This document shows positions 24,245-36,977 of a stretch of 46,446 bases of DNA, piece by piece. The notes beneath the pieces are model-generated. The model made no database searches. It was not told the origin of the DNA and was given only the letters and a program-made list of their open reading frames with translations. Position numbers and translations under genes: made by a program. The stretch is taken from positions 1-46,446 of the forward strand of contig NW_021834633.1 of NCBI RefSeq assembly GCF_006345805.1. Direction: 5' to 3'. The stretch is from Octopus sinensis (taxonomy: Eukaryota). Within the stretch, counting starts at the first letter, position 1, and every line of letters starts with the position of its first letter.

Positions 24245-24365
24245 ATTTTCCATCTACCAAATTCCGCTAAAAAAATATCTGCTAGTAGATGACAGCTGCC
24301 TAAGATGCCACGCAGTGGATCTGAACCTGTAAGAATGTTGTTCGGTAGCTTACTATGTAGTCACA
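24245..24365 (-). mobile_element. Degenerate 5' fragment of SINE family A
   Basis: CCATCTACCAAATTCC...GCCTAAGATGCCACGCAGTGGATCTGAACC matches the family-A head and core. Confidence 0.6.
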
Positions 24366-24748
24366 CTTACTACAATATGTCACAGTTAGATCGCAGTGGA
24401 ACATTGTTCAGGCATGCGCAGTTAGGTGAAACTGATACGACTGTGTTTAAATACTCGGATCGATAGTTTAATATCAACCACTTAGCGCCTTACAATTATT
24501 GCCTACTGTTGAGCGTGACACTTAAATTACTCAACGAAAACAATATCTACCATGCTCAGTTTGTGAGTGATCATGGGAATGGTTTTGCTGGTGATTCTAA
24601 TTATCTGGTTACGCAATTTTCCGAAATAAATTTCAAAAAGAAAAAGGATCATATTGATGACTTCTTTCCTGCAAGAGATTTAAATACCCGATGATACAAC
24701 CTTTATAACGTTGTTCTATATTTATGAGATAAGGAATTATGTACATTT

Positions 24749-25148
24749 ACTCTTTTACTTATTTTAGTCATTTGACTGTGGCCATGCTGGAGCACCGCCT
24801 TTTAGTCGAGCAAATCGACCCCAGGACTTATTCTTTGTAAGCCTAGTACTTATTTTATCGGTCTCTTTTGCCCAACCACTAAGTTACGGGGACGTAAACA
24901 CACCAGCATCAGTTGTTAAGCGATGTTGGGGGAACAAAAACAGCCACAAACATATACACACATATACATGCATATATACATATATACTACAGGCTTCTTT
25001 CAGCTTCCGTCTACCAAATCCACTCACAAGGCTTTGGTCGGCCCGAGGCAATAGTACAAGACATATGCCCAAGGTGCCACGCAGTGGGACTGAACCCGAA
25101 ATCATGTGGCTGGTAAGCAACTTACTTACCACACAGCGACTCCTGTGC
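24749..25148 (-). mobile_element. SINE family A, full length, 13-bp target-site duplication
   Basis: Family match. ATTATGTACATTT at 24736-24748 and ATTATTTACATTT at 25151-25163. Confidence 0.92.
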
Positions 25149-26064
25149 ACATTATTTACATTTCAGGACAAATATCCATAAATGTAAATAATGTGCTTTT
25201 TAATGTTTTCCTTTTTGTTGCAATACGTAATACACCACGTACGCCCATTTTTGATACTACAGTTGGTCTTCGTCCATTCAATACTGACGTCTGGGAGTCG
25301 CCTTTCAGATATGTAATTCTCGAGGTATAGTCGAGTTATGTACGTTGTAGTACTCTGCGAAGAATGTGTTGTTGAATGTGTTACTCTCCCTGAGGTATTT
25401 AGCACCAAATCACTGGTTCAAAGTTATTATATCGAATCGATCTAGAATAATGTACGAGAGAGTGGTAAAATGTTCCTGGTTTAAGATTGTTGTGAAAGAT
25501 CAGGCTGGAGGGCCAAACTTCCGTGTTCTTCTAGAGTCCTCAGATACACCTAAGTATGTTGCAATATGTGTGTTAATCTCAGAGGAGAATATGTTGAACA
25601 AAATTATAATTAACTGACCCTCCTGTATTTTCTTTTACTGAAAGCCAAACATTTTTCAGCACCCCATCAAAATCTAAAATTTAACGTTGTGAAATATAAT
25701 ATTTTCTGGTTTTATTAACAATACACTCCCGATCCAACGAACTTGAACATGTTAAGTTTCACTGGACTATATTGATTATTGAACAATAACATGAAGCGAA
25801 TGAAATTACGCGCTTTAATGAGCAGAAAAGCGGGAGGAATTAAAGCAGTTTAGCTGTAAAATGAAAACCGATATTGTCTAGTGGAATATACAGCCATTAA
25901 TCCATTCGTAATTAAAACAGCTAAATCTAATTACTTCTATAAGGGTACGGCAAAAGTGCCTTCACACACACATTCACATAAATTAAGTTTCAGACACTTA
26001 GAACAATAAATACAGGAATATTTCGATTCGAAAATATAGTCTCAGACATGGATCATATACATCA

Positions 26065-26187
26065 ATTTGCCTTTCATCCTGTCGGGGTCGATAAATTAAG
26101 TACCTGTTGCGTACTGGGATCGATCTAATTGACTGCCCCCCCCCCCAAAAAAAAAATTCTGGCCTTGTGACTAGAGTGGAAAAGAAT
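26065..26187 (+). mobile_element. 5'-truncated Meta-like SINE
   Basis: GCCTTTCATCCTGTCGGGGTCGATAAATTAAGTACC core plus tail GGCCTTGTGACTAGAGT. Confidence 0.8.
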
Positions 26188-26274
26188 ATTGAACCAAATT
26201 CTGGCTAGATAGATTTCAACGTTTACAAATGGTACGAGCCTACTAATATGTCTGTTACAAATATATGTATAGAC

Positions 26275-26437
26275 GCGTAGGAGTAGCTGTGTGGTAAGTA
26301 GCTTGCTACCCAACCACATGGTTCCGGGTTCAGTCTCACTGCGGGGCACCTTGGGCAAGTGTCTGCGGCCGAACAAAGCCTTGTGAGTGGATTTGGTAGA
26401 CAGAAACTGTAAGAAGCCCGTCGTATATATATGTATG

Positions 26438-26480
<43 letters not shown>

Positions 26481-26677
26481 ATCTCTGTGTTTCTGTGTTT
26501 GTCCCCCTACACCTGGTGTGTTTATGTCCCCGTAACTTAGCGGTTCGGCAAAAGAGACCGATAGAATAAGTACTAGGCTTGCTAAGAATATGTCCTGGGA
26601 TCGATCTGCTTGAGTAAAGGCGGTCCCTCAGCATCGCCACAGTCAAATGACTGAAACAATTAAAAGAGTAAAAGAGT
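26275..26677 (+). mobile_element. SINE family A, full length
   Basis: Head GGAGTAGCTGTGTGG...GGGTTCAGTCTC, core CACCTTGGGCAAGTGTC, internal (TA)(TG) tract and tail (AAAGAGT)2. Confidence 0.92.
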
Positions 26678-26745
26678 ATATACTAATTATTTTTGATATA
26701 AATACAAGGCCAATCACGTTAATAAAAATAAACGACTCATCGATG

Positions 26746-26910
26746 GGCGCAGGAGTGGCTGTGTGGTAAGTAGCTTGTTTACCAACCACATGGTTCCGGG
26801 TTCAGTCCCACTGCGTGGCATCTTGGGAAAGTGTCTTCTACTATAGCCTCGGGCCGACCAACGCCTTGTGAGTGGATTTGGTAGACGGAAACTGAAAGAA
26901 GCCCGTCGTA

Positions 26911-26950
<40 letters not shown>

Positions 26951-27166
26951 TGTGTGTGTTTGTGTGTCTGTGTTTGTCCCCCTAGCATTGCTTGACAACC
27001 GATTCTGGTGTGTTTATGTCCCCGTTACTTAGCGGTTTGGCAAAAGAGACCGATATAATAAGTACTGAGCTTACAAAAGAATAAGTCCCGGGGTCGAGTT
27101 GCTCGATTAAAAAAGGCGGTGCTCCAGCATGGCCGCAGTCAAATGACTGAAACAAGTAAAAGAGTA
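26746..27166 (+). mobile_element. SINE family A, full length
   Basis: As above; lies about 70 bp downstream of the previous copy. Confidence 0.92.
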
Positions 27167-27689
27167 TCGATATCCTCGATGCCAATTCCTAACTGCTACT
27201 TAATTCTGAAATATTGAAAGGTAAATAATGACGAAATAATGACTCAGAAAAATATAATGGAAGGCATTTTTCCCACACTCTATCAATTCTGCCAACGCAT
27301 CATTATTAAAGGGAGATATAGGCACAAGGGTTGTATTTTGAGCATATGAGCATATTTTGAGCATTTATATCAACATCAGTCTGAGCATAGCGTGATTTGA
27401 CATCTGGACGTAGAGTTTGAACAAACATCTCAAAGCCTATTGCACCACCCTCTCACGATCACGCTCACTCGGCACCCAGATGTAATTGTTCGTAATTTAG
27501 GCATGAATTCTGTAAGTTTAATACCCCTGTACTTGGCTGGGTTTTTACTTTTACAAGGGGATTCGGCATCAGAAAATGAAGTGACGCAACTGAATACCAC
27601 AACGAATTTTATGCAACATACTAATGGTTCTGTGAATTCATAATGATAATGAACACAAAACCAGAGATTTTTGGAGATAGATTACTCAA

Positions 27690-28131
27690 TAATATTAGTT
27701 TCAAAATTTGGCACAAGGCCAGAAATTTCGAGGGTAGAGGAAGCCTGTTTACATTGACCCCAATGCTCAACTGGTACTTATTTTATCGATCCCGAAAGGA
27801 GGAAAGACAAAGTCGACCACAAAAGAATTTAAACTCGAACGAAAGGACGGATGAAATGCCGCTGAGCACTTTGCTTGGCTGAGAAAATGTTCAGATACCT
27901 CGCTGCCTTCAGAGTTACTGATAAAACTATTTCGAATTTTGGCAAAGGACCAGTAATTTTAAGGGAGAGTTAAGTCGAGTTACATCGACTCTTGTATACG
28001 ATTGGTACTTGTTTTCGCAACTCTCGAAGAGAAACAAGGCAAAGCCGACCTCGGCAGAATTTGAACTCAGAAGGTGAGAGGGGAGACATGCCGCTAATAA
28101 TTTTGGCCGACGCTGTAACGATTCGGCTTGC
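27690..28131 (-). mobile_element. Two older Meta-like SINE copies (27690-27880 and 27925-28131)
   Basis: Diverged core and the TTTCAAAATTTGGCACAAGGCCAG-type tail. Confidence 0.7.
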
Positions 28132-28265
28132 AAGTAGCCTTCAGGGTTACTCTTCAATATAGATAACCCCCACTTCTTGCACAGTTGCATTATTTTTTTC
28201 ATCTCAAAAGACAAATCGAATTTCAGTGACATTAAACTTAAACCATAAACATAAATCATAAACAA

Positions 28266-28414
28266 GGTGCAGGAGTGGTGGCTGTGTGGTAAGTAGCTTG
28301 CTTACTAACCACATGGTTCCGGGTTCAGTCCCACTGCGTGGCACCTTCGACAAGTGTTTTCTACTAAAGCCTTGTGATTTGGTAGATAGAAACAGAAAAA
28401 AAACCCGTAGTATA

Positions 28415-28504
<90 letters not shown>

Positions 28505-28715
28505 TTGTTTGTGTGTCTGTGTTTGTCCCCCCCAACATAGCTTGACAACCGATGCTGGTGTGTTTACATCCCCGTAACTTAGCGGTTCGGCAAAAGAGAC
28601 CGATAGAATAAGTACTAGGCTTACAAACAAGTCCTGGGGTCTATTTCCTCGACTAAATGCGGTGCTCCAGCTTGACCGCAGTCAAATGACTGAAACAAGT
28701 AAAAGAGTAAAAGAG
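28266..28715 (+). mobile_element. SINE family A with a short internal deletion
   Basis: Family match. Confidence 0.9.
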
Positions 28716-28873
28716 CCTTATAAAATAGTGTACAGCGTTCGACCAATTTTCTTACGCCACATCCACCATATATCCTAAAATTATATCGATTTCTTAAAAA
28801 ACTGGACGTTATCATATTTGAGGAGGCTGAGTGACCCGATTTTATAGAACGCTGTACATGACTAGCAATATAT

Positions 28874-29103
28874 ATTTCTTTACTACCCACAAGGGGCTAA
28901 ACACAGAGGGGACAAACAAGGACAGACATAGATATTAAGTCGATTACATCGACCCCAGTGCGTAACTGGTACTTTATTTATCGACCCCGAAAGGATGAAA
29001 GGCAAAGTCGACCTCGGCGGAATTTAAACTCAGAACGTAGCGGCAGACGAAATACCGCTAAGCATTTCGCCGGGTGTGCTAACGTTTCTGCCAGCTCGCC
29101 GCC
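28874..29103 (-). mobile_element. Young full-length Meta-like SINE, 11-bp target-site duplication
   Basis: TAGCAATATAT at 28863-28873 and 29107-29117. Confidence 0.92.
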
Positions 29104-29467
29104 TTATAGCAATATATTCTTTCGAATCATTGTGGCAATAAATGATACATACCTAAGACACATAAGGCATCTTTTTTCGCAGTTTCACGATATATGATTT
29201 GTAATTTAAACAAACGCCTGTATCTACTGACGCCTATTTGAACATAAACGTATAACGCTTGAGTCTAAAATAAGTAAAAATCATTGGAACTAAACAAGTT
29301 CAATCTACCTCTGTAATATTTGTCATAAATGAATACCAATTCTTGCAAAATAATTGCTTCTTACAGATGCTGCTATCCTCAAAGATATAATGCATTATAT
29401 TCAATCACATCTTTTGTGATCTAGGTTTCCACCGAGCTCCACCTCCTGCTCTCACTAACAAAAATAT

Positions 29468-29652
29468 GGATTTCAAATTTTGGCACAAGGTCAGCAATTT
29501 CGGTGGGGGGGGAGATAAATCGATTACATTGACCCCAGTGCTCAACAGATACTTATTTCATCGTCCCCGAAATTATAAAAAGCAAAGTCGACACCCAGCG
29601 GTATTAAAGTCGAAGAAATGCCATAAAGCGGTTACGATTCTGCCTGATCGCC
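29468..29652 (-). mobile_element. Older Meta-like SINE
   Basis: Diverged core and tail. Confidence 0.7.
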
Positions 29653-29719
29653 ATCTTATTTACCGGTACTATTAACAATGCCTATACACAATCAAATATT
29701 TTATAGTTTATTCGCAAGT

Positions 29720-30250
29720 TGACAAGTGGTTAAGTGTGAAGATCATGATCGTGCGAATGTGGGTTATATTCCCGTCCCAGAAAACGCGTCGTATCGTTGA
29801 GTAACGTTTATCACTCGCAGTTTCCGCAATCTGCTTTGCCAAACTGTTACAAGCGTGGATGCACTGTTAAGATGTTTACTTCCCATCCACTTGGTTTGGG
29901 ATACAGTCTCTCAATGTGATACCTTCAACAAGTCTTCGTAGCCTTGAGTCTAATGCCTTGTGAATGAATCCAGTTGATGGAAACAACGTGGAATCTCTTG
30001 AGTTCATGTGTGTACGTGTATGGATCAGTCTGTCTGTGTGCATATATGTGAATGTAAGTGCATGCTGGGTTTTTTTCTGTTTCTCCTAACCCTTTGACAA
30101 GCGGTTTTACTGCTCATATGTCGCTCTTAATTTAGTGGTTTCGGGAAAATAAACCGTTAGAATATGTATCATATTTAATAAATATATTATTGACAATTTG
30201 CTCGATTGTACTCTTCAAAACTACAGTTCAATGACTGAATTTAAAAAATA
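29720..30250 (+). mobile_element. Ancient SINE related to families A/B
   Basis: Residual GCCTTGTGAATGAATCCAGTTGATGGAAAC, a TG tract and CTACAGTTCAATGACTGAA. Confidence 0.45.
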
Positions 30251-30725
30251 AGTTATAAAACGAAAGATGCTAATTTCGCTACATCACCTGGAAGAAATCA
30301 ACAATTGATAACTCAACTTGTATTGGTAGCGGGAAGGCAGCGAGAAGTGAAGGAATGTAAAACGATCTGGCTTGTATGAAGGAAAGAAGTGAGAATTGAT
30401 GGAAAATGATGTTGCAAGTGCTTTTGAGGTCAAATAATGAATAATTTAACAATCTATGGTATATTTCTAGAAGGGAGATGGAGAATTGTTGAGCAAGCTA
30501 TGGCTTCTGAGAAAATAGCTGTTCCTGTTTGCGTTAAAAAGTTAAAAAGCAATACATCTTTATCATAACATACCTCGAAGATCAAACACGAATTTTCTTT
30601 TTATGAATTGAAATACGAAAGAGGCAGAAATGCTAGCCTTATTCCTGAAATTGATGTCAGTGAGGTTACAATAGATATTAGATCAAACAAAAGAAGCAAT
30701 AAACTAGAAGATATAACATATAGAG

Positions 30726-30860
30726 TCGTAGGTTTGACCGGATGATTAGAAATTTTCTTTGCAATCACATGGTTTCAGATTTAGTTTCACTGCGTGGTAT
30801 CTTTGGTAAATGTTTTCTAGCATAGCCTCAGGTGGATTGAAGACTTATAAATGGTTTTGA
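30726..30860 (+). mobile_element. Degenerate family-A head fragment
   Basis: CAATCACATGGTTTCAGATTTAGTTTCACTGCGTGGTATCTTTGGTAAATGTTTTCT. Confidence 0.55.
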
Positions 30861-30862
30861 TC

Positions 30863-30898
<36 letters not shown>

Positions 30899-30901
<3 letters not shown>

Positions 30902-31250
30902 AAATAAGAAAATGGAGAAATACATATAAATCAAATATCAATTACCAGATAATACCCAATCACATACTACTTTATTAAACCACCACATAAGAAACTTTAA
31001 GGACAAACATAATAATGTAGAACAAAATAGTGTACATAAAGGAGTGTACATAAAAGAGTAATGTTATACAATAATTACAATATGTATAAGAGAATATAAA
31101 AATAAGTAAATATAAGTATAAATATAGACTACATCTTACAGCTGTTTCGGCCATGCAGATAAGTATGCCTCGTAGTTATAAATGAGACATTTACAAAATA
31201 TCCTAAGGCCTCTTCGGAGATTATGTAATACAAATAAGATTACATACACA
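30899..31250 (-). mobile_element. Probable PLE pseudo-LTR fragment abutting (TA)n (5' boundary approximate)
   Basis: Contains a hammerhead fold; its 3' end joins the (TA)n tract at about 30868-30898. Confidence 0.55.
31133..31221 (-). ncRNA. Type I hammerhead ribozyme fold with a large stem II loop
   Basis: Minus strand: ATCT CCGAAGA GGCC...GGCC GAAAC AGCT GTA AGAT. Stem III is the palindrome ACAGCTGT. Confidence 0.72.
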
Positions 31251-32267
31251 TTTATATAGGTGTGGGTACATACCCATAATAAAACATATACATATACATA
31301 TGAGTGCATATACTCACACTCCTATACATATAAATATACATATACATAATGATAGGAATAATGTAGATCAATAAACATACATATGTTCCACATTCAATGT
31401 TACAGTTTTTCAACTTAATATTGTGATAATTACAATGTAGAAAAACATACACATATTAATACCTAAATGCAGATATACAGAGTCAAGAGTACATTATATT
31501 AATTCTTAACAATTTCCAAAATGTCATTAATGTTAGTATCATTATCATTGTCATTACCACTAATGCTACCAATATCATCATTCATATTATTATTAATAAC
31601 GCTAATACTAGAAAAACAATATATAGATTCCATTATTAGCAATATAGTTACAATAGTACTACAATACCATGCAAAGTGTTAAATATCTGCATATACATAT
31701 GAAATATGAAACAAAAGCATTCTGTTTACACGACATTAAGATCCACTGATGCACAGATGTACTTTCGAGTTCAAATTTATAATTTCCAATGTGACAGAAA
31801 TACACTATTACTTTCAGAAATAGATACGAATCTAGCGCTAAACTATGATTGGCTTGTGGATTTGAATTTAAATTACCATTGTCTTCTTTACGGTTAGTTT
31901 GTTGTGGAAAAAAAACAAACTATACCAACATTTATACACGCACCCACACACATACACACGTACATCCGCACATATACATAAACATATACACTCTCATGCA
32001 CTGCGTCTGCAAACATTCGCATATACTTATATACACATTTAAATATGCATTTGCGTACTCATACGTATAAAAAAACATATACATATATATCTAACCATGA
32101 ATCTACATATCCATACAAAAACATACATACACATATATATATATACATATGAATACATTTCGACATATCCACATATATTTACTAAGTTACAAAATATATG
32201 TCTGTCATCAAATGGCGTATAGATAAACCAGCAGAGGTAGGGACAGCTATAGCAACATTTATACACT

Positions 32268-32315
<48 letters not shown>

Positions 32316-32400
32316 ATATAATATAAATAATATATAAATATATGCATATATACATTCATATATGTACATACATACATATGTATGCATATATGCATGCATA

Positions 32401-32830
32401 TATGGGTACAGGATATCAAAACATCGTTGTACACAATGAGAAACGAAAAAATAAAAAAAAACGAACTCTTTTTCAAACAACGAAAAAACAGAGTACAAGA
32501 CATACAACACAAGGAATATTTCCCTTCTTCACTTGTCCCTATTTCGTCTACTCCCCGTTTCGAAGGTAAGGACAAGACGCAAATTCGTTGAAACAGTCCT
32601 TCCTGCAAAGCAAATTAAAGAAAATTTGGGATTTTTTGCAGAGGGGTAAAAGTGATAACAGGAACAGGACAGTAAGAACAAAACAAACAGTAACAACAAA
32701 CGAAGAGGGCTGTTAAGCCAAGACGATGGAAAATTATTATGAACGCATTAAGGAAATAGCTTATGAGAGGGACAGGATAAGCCGTCTTGTCTCGGTGAAG
32801 ATAGCAGTTTGAAAAGTGGCTTCCCTCTGA
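32401..32830. other. Unclassified, probably repetitive unit bracketed by TA-rich microsatellites
   Basis: Non-microsatellite block with sharp TA-tract boundaries on both sides; no family assigned. Confidence 0.3.
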
Positions 32831-32845
32831 CATATATATGCACGC

Positions 32846-32910
<65 letters not shown>

Positions 32911-32959
32911 TGTGTGTGTGTCTGTCTGTGTCTGTGTCTGTGTGTATGAATACATGTAT

Positions 32960-33150
32960 ATGTGTGTGTGACAGTAAGTGTGTCTTTTGCCCCACGCCAC
33001 ATCTCGACTAAAGGTGTTGCTCTGACACCAATACTAAAAGTACCAGGTTTAAAAATAATTACTGGAATCGATTCGTTCGACTAAAACCTCATCTATACAG
33101 TACCCCAGCATGGCCGCTGCCTAATAAGTGAAACAATTGAAAGATAAAAG
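32960..33150 (+). mobile_element. Old family-A-like 3' tail
   Basis: CCCCAGCATGGCCGCTGCCTAATAAGTGAAACAATTGAAAGATAAAAG resembles the family-A tail. Confidence 0.5.
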
Positions 33151-33435
33151 TTACTTTTACCTTTTACTAGATCATAGTCCAGTTCATATTCCTAACATTT
33201 ACCTGCACTGTTTTAAGGATTACTTTTTACAAACGTACGAAATAATAGACGACTAAAATAGTATATGTGATAATTCGATTACTATTTGAAATAATCAAGT
33301 TCCAGGCTGACAGAAAGAAGCTAGTTATATCATAATGTATTTAAGTTATTACACAACTTTATTCAGTTTGTCGACATTTTTCTAAAAGTAAGCCACATAT
33401 GATCTTCCTGAGACATATACAGTCTATTAACTAAT

Positions 33436-33824
33436 TGTGGAGGCGCAATGGCCCAGTGGTTAGGGCAGCGGACTCGCAGTCGTAGGATCGCGGTTTCGAT
33501 TCCCAGACCGGGCGTTGTGAGTGTTTATTGAGCGAAAACACCTAGAAAGCACCACGAGGCTCCGGCAGGGGATGGTGGTGATCCCTGCTGTACTCTTTCA
33601 CCACAACTTTCTCTCACTCTTACTTCCTGTTTCTGTTGTACATGTATTTCAAAGGGCCGGCCTTGTCACTCTCTGTGTCACCCTGAATATCCCCGAGAAC
33701 TACGTTAAGGGTACACGTGTCTGTGGAGTGCTCAGCCACTTACACGTTAATTTCACGAGTAGGCTGTTCCGTTGATCGGATCAACCGGAACCCTCGTCGT
33801 CGTAACCGACCGAGTGCACCCCCC
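33436..33824 (+). mobile_element. SINE family C head with tail type 3, 10-bp target-site duplication
   Basis: ATTAACTAAT at 33426-33435 and 33825-33834. The head matches 14226; the tail is homologous to 16659-16810. Confidence 0.9.
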
Positions 33825-34153
33825 ATTAACTAATCACACCGAATAGCCAGTAGATTTTTATATTCTTTCACGCATTAAGCACATATGTATTTCTTCAATC
33901 CAGACACAAGCTCCGGTTGTACTGACGCATTTCAAACAAATTGCCTTTCGTTAAGTTTAACGAGAATTAATGTCATGTTTGAACAAAAAAATCGGATAAT
34001 GCCCAAATAATGCTAATAAAATGATAGTTTGAATAAGAGGTAAAAAAAATAGCAACAACGACTGTCTGATGAATTGGTGGTTGTGGCAATAGTGAAACAC
34101 GAACACAAAGACAGCCACCATTCAGATATACATATTTATGTGTGTGTGGTGTG

Positions 34154-34211
<58 letters not shown>

Positions 34212-34280
34212 ATGTGTGTGTATGTGTGTATGTTTGTATGTATATATGTATGTATGTACGTATACATATATATATATATA

Positions 34281-34691
34281 CTCTTTTAATTGTTTCAGTC
34301 ATTTGACTGCGGCCATGCTGGAGCACCGCCTTTAGTCAAGCAAATCGAACCCGGGACTTATTCTTTGTAAGCCCAGTCTATCGGTCTCTTTTGCCGAACC
34401 GCTAAGTGACGGGGACGTAAACACACCAGCATCGGTTGTCAAGCAATGCTAGGGAGACAAACACAGACACACAAACACATACACACACATACAATATATA
34501 TATATATATATATAATATATATATATATATACGACAGGCTTCTTTCAGTTTCCGTCTACCAAATCCACTCACAAGGCATTGGCCGGCCCGGGGCTATAGC
34601 AGAAGACACTTGCCAAGATGCCACGCAGTGGGACTGAACCCGGAACCATGTGGTTGGTTAGCAAGCTACTTACCACACAGCCACTCCTGCG

Positions 34692-34694
<3 letters not shown>
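34281..34694 (-). mobile_element. SINE family A, full length, between microsatellites
   Basis: Family match. Confidence 0.92.
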
Positions 34695-34784
<90 letters not shown>

Positions 34785-34787
<3 letters not shown>

Positions 34788-34955
34788 TAAAAAATGGAGT
34801 TAACGCAGGTTTAAACAAGTATTTTTACTTTCTACATATGTTTCGAAAATTCCACTGATACTATTCAAAAGAAAAAAAGGTATAAACAATGCAATCTTCT
34901 CTTCGGGAAAGTGAAAAAACGAAACTCGTCAATACGACATTTTAGCAAAAAAATG
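34785..34955 (-). mobile_element. Second copy of the PLE 3' end seen at about 1280-1450
   Basis: Its reverse complement aligns closely with 1280-1450, and it also abuts (TA)n. Confidence 0.88.
34828..34911 (-). ncRNA. Type I hammerhead ribozyme fold (paralogue of 1323-1407)
   Basis: CTTTC CCGAAGA G...C GAAAC ATAT GTA GAAAG; retains the G10.1-C11.1 pair. Confidence 0.75.
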
Positions 34956-35120
34956 GGTAGTATGCATATTAATGCATTTATGTAAATATAATTTATTGTA
35001 CACCGGACTTATTATTACCTGCTAAAGGCAGCAAAACCGCCTCAGTTGTAAGGATGTCAGGTAATTAATTAGAAATATTTATATATAATATTCATATGTA
35101 ATCATATATAATATTCCTAA

Positions 35121-35361
35121 GTGGAGACGCGTGGGTTAGTGGTTAGGGTGTCAGCACTATGATCCTAAGATTGTGGTTTCGATTCCTGGACCGGGCGACG
35201 CGTTGTGTTCTTGAGCAAAACACTTCATTTCACTTTGCTCCAGTCCACTCAGCTGGCAAAAATGATTAACGCTGCAAGCTGGAGAACACATACGCCATAG
35301 AAACTGGGAAACCGGGCCCATGAGCCTGGCTAGGCTTTAAAAAAGGGGCGCATATTTTAAC
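35121..35361 (+). mobile_element. CORE-like SINE family B with tail type 2, 12-bp target-site duplication
   Basis: tRNA-like head and core GTGTTCTTGAGCAAAACACTTCATTTCAC. ATAATATTCCTA occurs at 35108-35119 and 35362-35373. Confidence 0.88.
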
Positions 35362-35543
35362 ATAATATTCCTATAACTGATTGACTTAGCCAAAGATAAG
35401 TGTCAACATTAATGCCTCCTTCATTTAGTTCTTTATTTTCAGAAAACTGACTAGAAATCTCTTATATAGTTACAGTATCCTCTAATATTTATGACACAAT
35501 CTTTAATATATCTACTATATTTATATCTACTATATATATATAC

Positions 35544-35943
35544 CTCTTTTACTCTTTTACTTGTTTCAGTCATTTGACTGCGGCTATGCTGGAGCACCGC
35601 CTTTAGTCGAGCAACTTGATCCCGGGACTTATTCTTTGTAAGCCCAGTACTTATTCTATCGGTATCTTTTGCCCAACCACTAAGTGACGGGGACATAAAC
35701 ACACCAGCATCGGTTGTCAAGCAATGCTAGGGGGACAAACACAGACACACAAACACACACGCACACACACATATATATACATATATACGACGGGCTTCTT
35801 TCAGTTTCCGTCTACCAAATCCACTCACAAGGCATTGGTCGGCCCGAGGCTATAGTAGAAGACACTTGCCCAAGTTGCCACGCACTGGGACTGAACCCGG
35901 AACCATGTGGTTGGTAAGCAAGATACTTACCACACAGCCACTC
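35544..35943 (-). mobile_element. SINE family A, full length
   Basis: Family match. A 20-bp direct repeat TATATTTATATCTACTATAT flanks it at 35516-35535 and 35977-35996. Confidence 0.92.
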
Positions 35944-36649
35944 ATATATATATATATATATTATATTATAGTATATTATATTTATATCTACTATATTTAT
36001 TCCTATATGTCTCTTTATCTCACATTTTCTGTTTCATCAATAATACTGCTATCTTTTATTCAAACTGTCAAACTAGTACGAATTTTCATACAAATTCAAA
36101 CAAGGTATTGTTGTTATGTATGCATTCACGCATAAACCTATTCACTATTCCAATTTTAAAGTCTATCCTTACTTTTACAAAGTAACATCTCATTCCGCTT
36201 ATCTTCACATTTCTGCAACAGAAAATATTGACCCAATAAATAATAGCGAACGTTCGGTATTTTTTATCGCTCTAGCAGAGACGCCATATTTTTGCATATT
36301 TTCTTAGCCTTCAATTATGAGTGAACTCTGAAACAATGATCTAATGAAATCTAAATATACCAGAAGTCTTGCCGCTTAAAAGGATAATAGAAATTCTAAC
36401 TATATTCCTAATGATCTTTATATTAAAACTGAAATTATTACAAAGAATAACAATATTTTCGTGGTTTAGAAGCGAAATGTTATCTATGAAAAATATATTT
36501 CTTGATAAACATTTCAAAAGTTAAAATACACTTTTGTAGTCTTTTGATACGAATATTCCGTATAAGTCATAGAAATAATAATTTTATAATCTTTTCATTA
36601 CCATTTACAAAATAACGTGTCGTTAAGCCGAAACCCCAACGATATTACA

Positions 36650-36654
36650 TAATA

Positions 36655-36697
<43 letters not shown>

Positions 36698-36706
36698 TAT
36701 ATATAC

Positions 36707-36739
<33 letters not shown>

Positions 36740-36753
36740 ATATATATATAATT

Positions 36754-36804
<51 letters not shown>

Positions 36805-36850
36805 TAACACAAACATACAAATAGGCATACACACAAACACACACCATTAT
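36650..36850. repeat. (TA)n/(CA)n microsatellite
   Basis: Direct inspection. Confidence 0.95.
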
Positions 36851-36977
36851 TGCTTTATGTATTGGCGTGTAATGTCTTTGCAGTAAGACAATTAAAGTGA
36901 TGAAACACAGTCTATATATAAATAGAAAAAGTTGTGAGAATCATTTTGAAATAGTGATCAATATGTCAGCCATTTAA

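Noticed and set aside
24509-24694. 61-aa ORF with protein-like composition
   Set aside because: No recognisable motif or splice signals; length is within chance expectation.
25480-25530. KIVVKDQAGGP resembling a cadherin repeat motif
   Set aside because: Short match only; the other cadherin motifs are missing and the frame is closed nearby.
30400-30720. IPEIDVSEVTIDIRSNK, loosely like a LINE pre-RT motif
   Set aside because: Similarity is too weak to call without an alignment.
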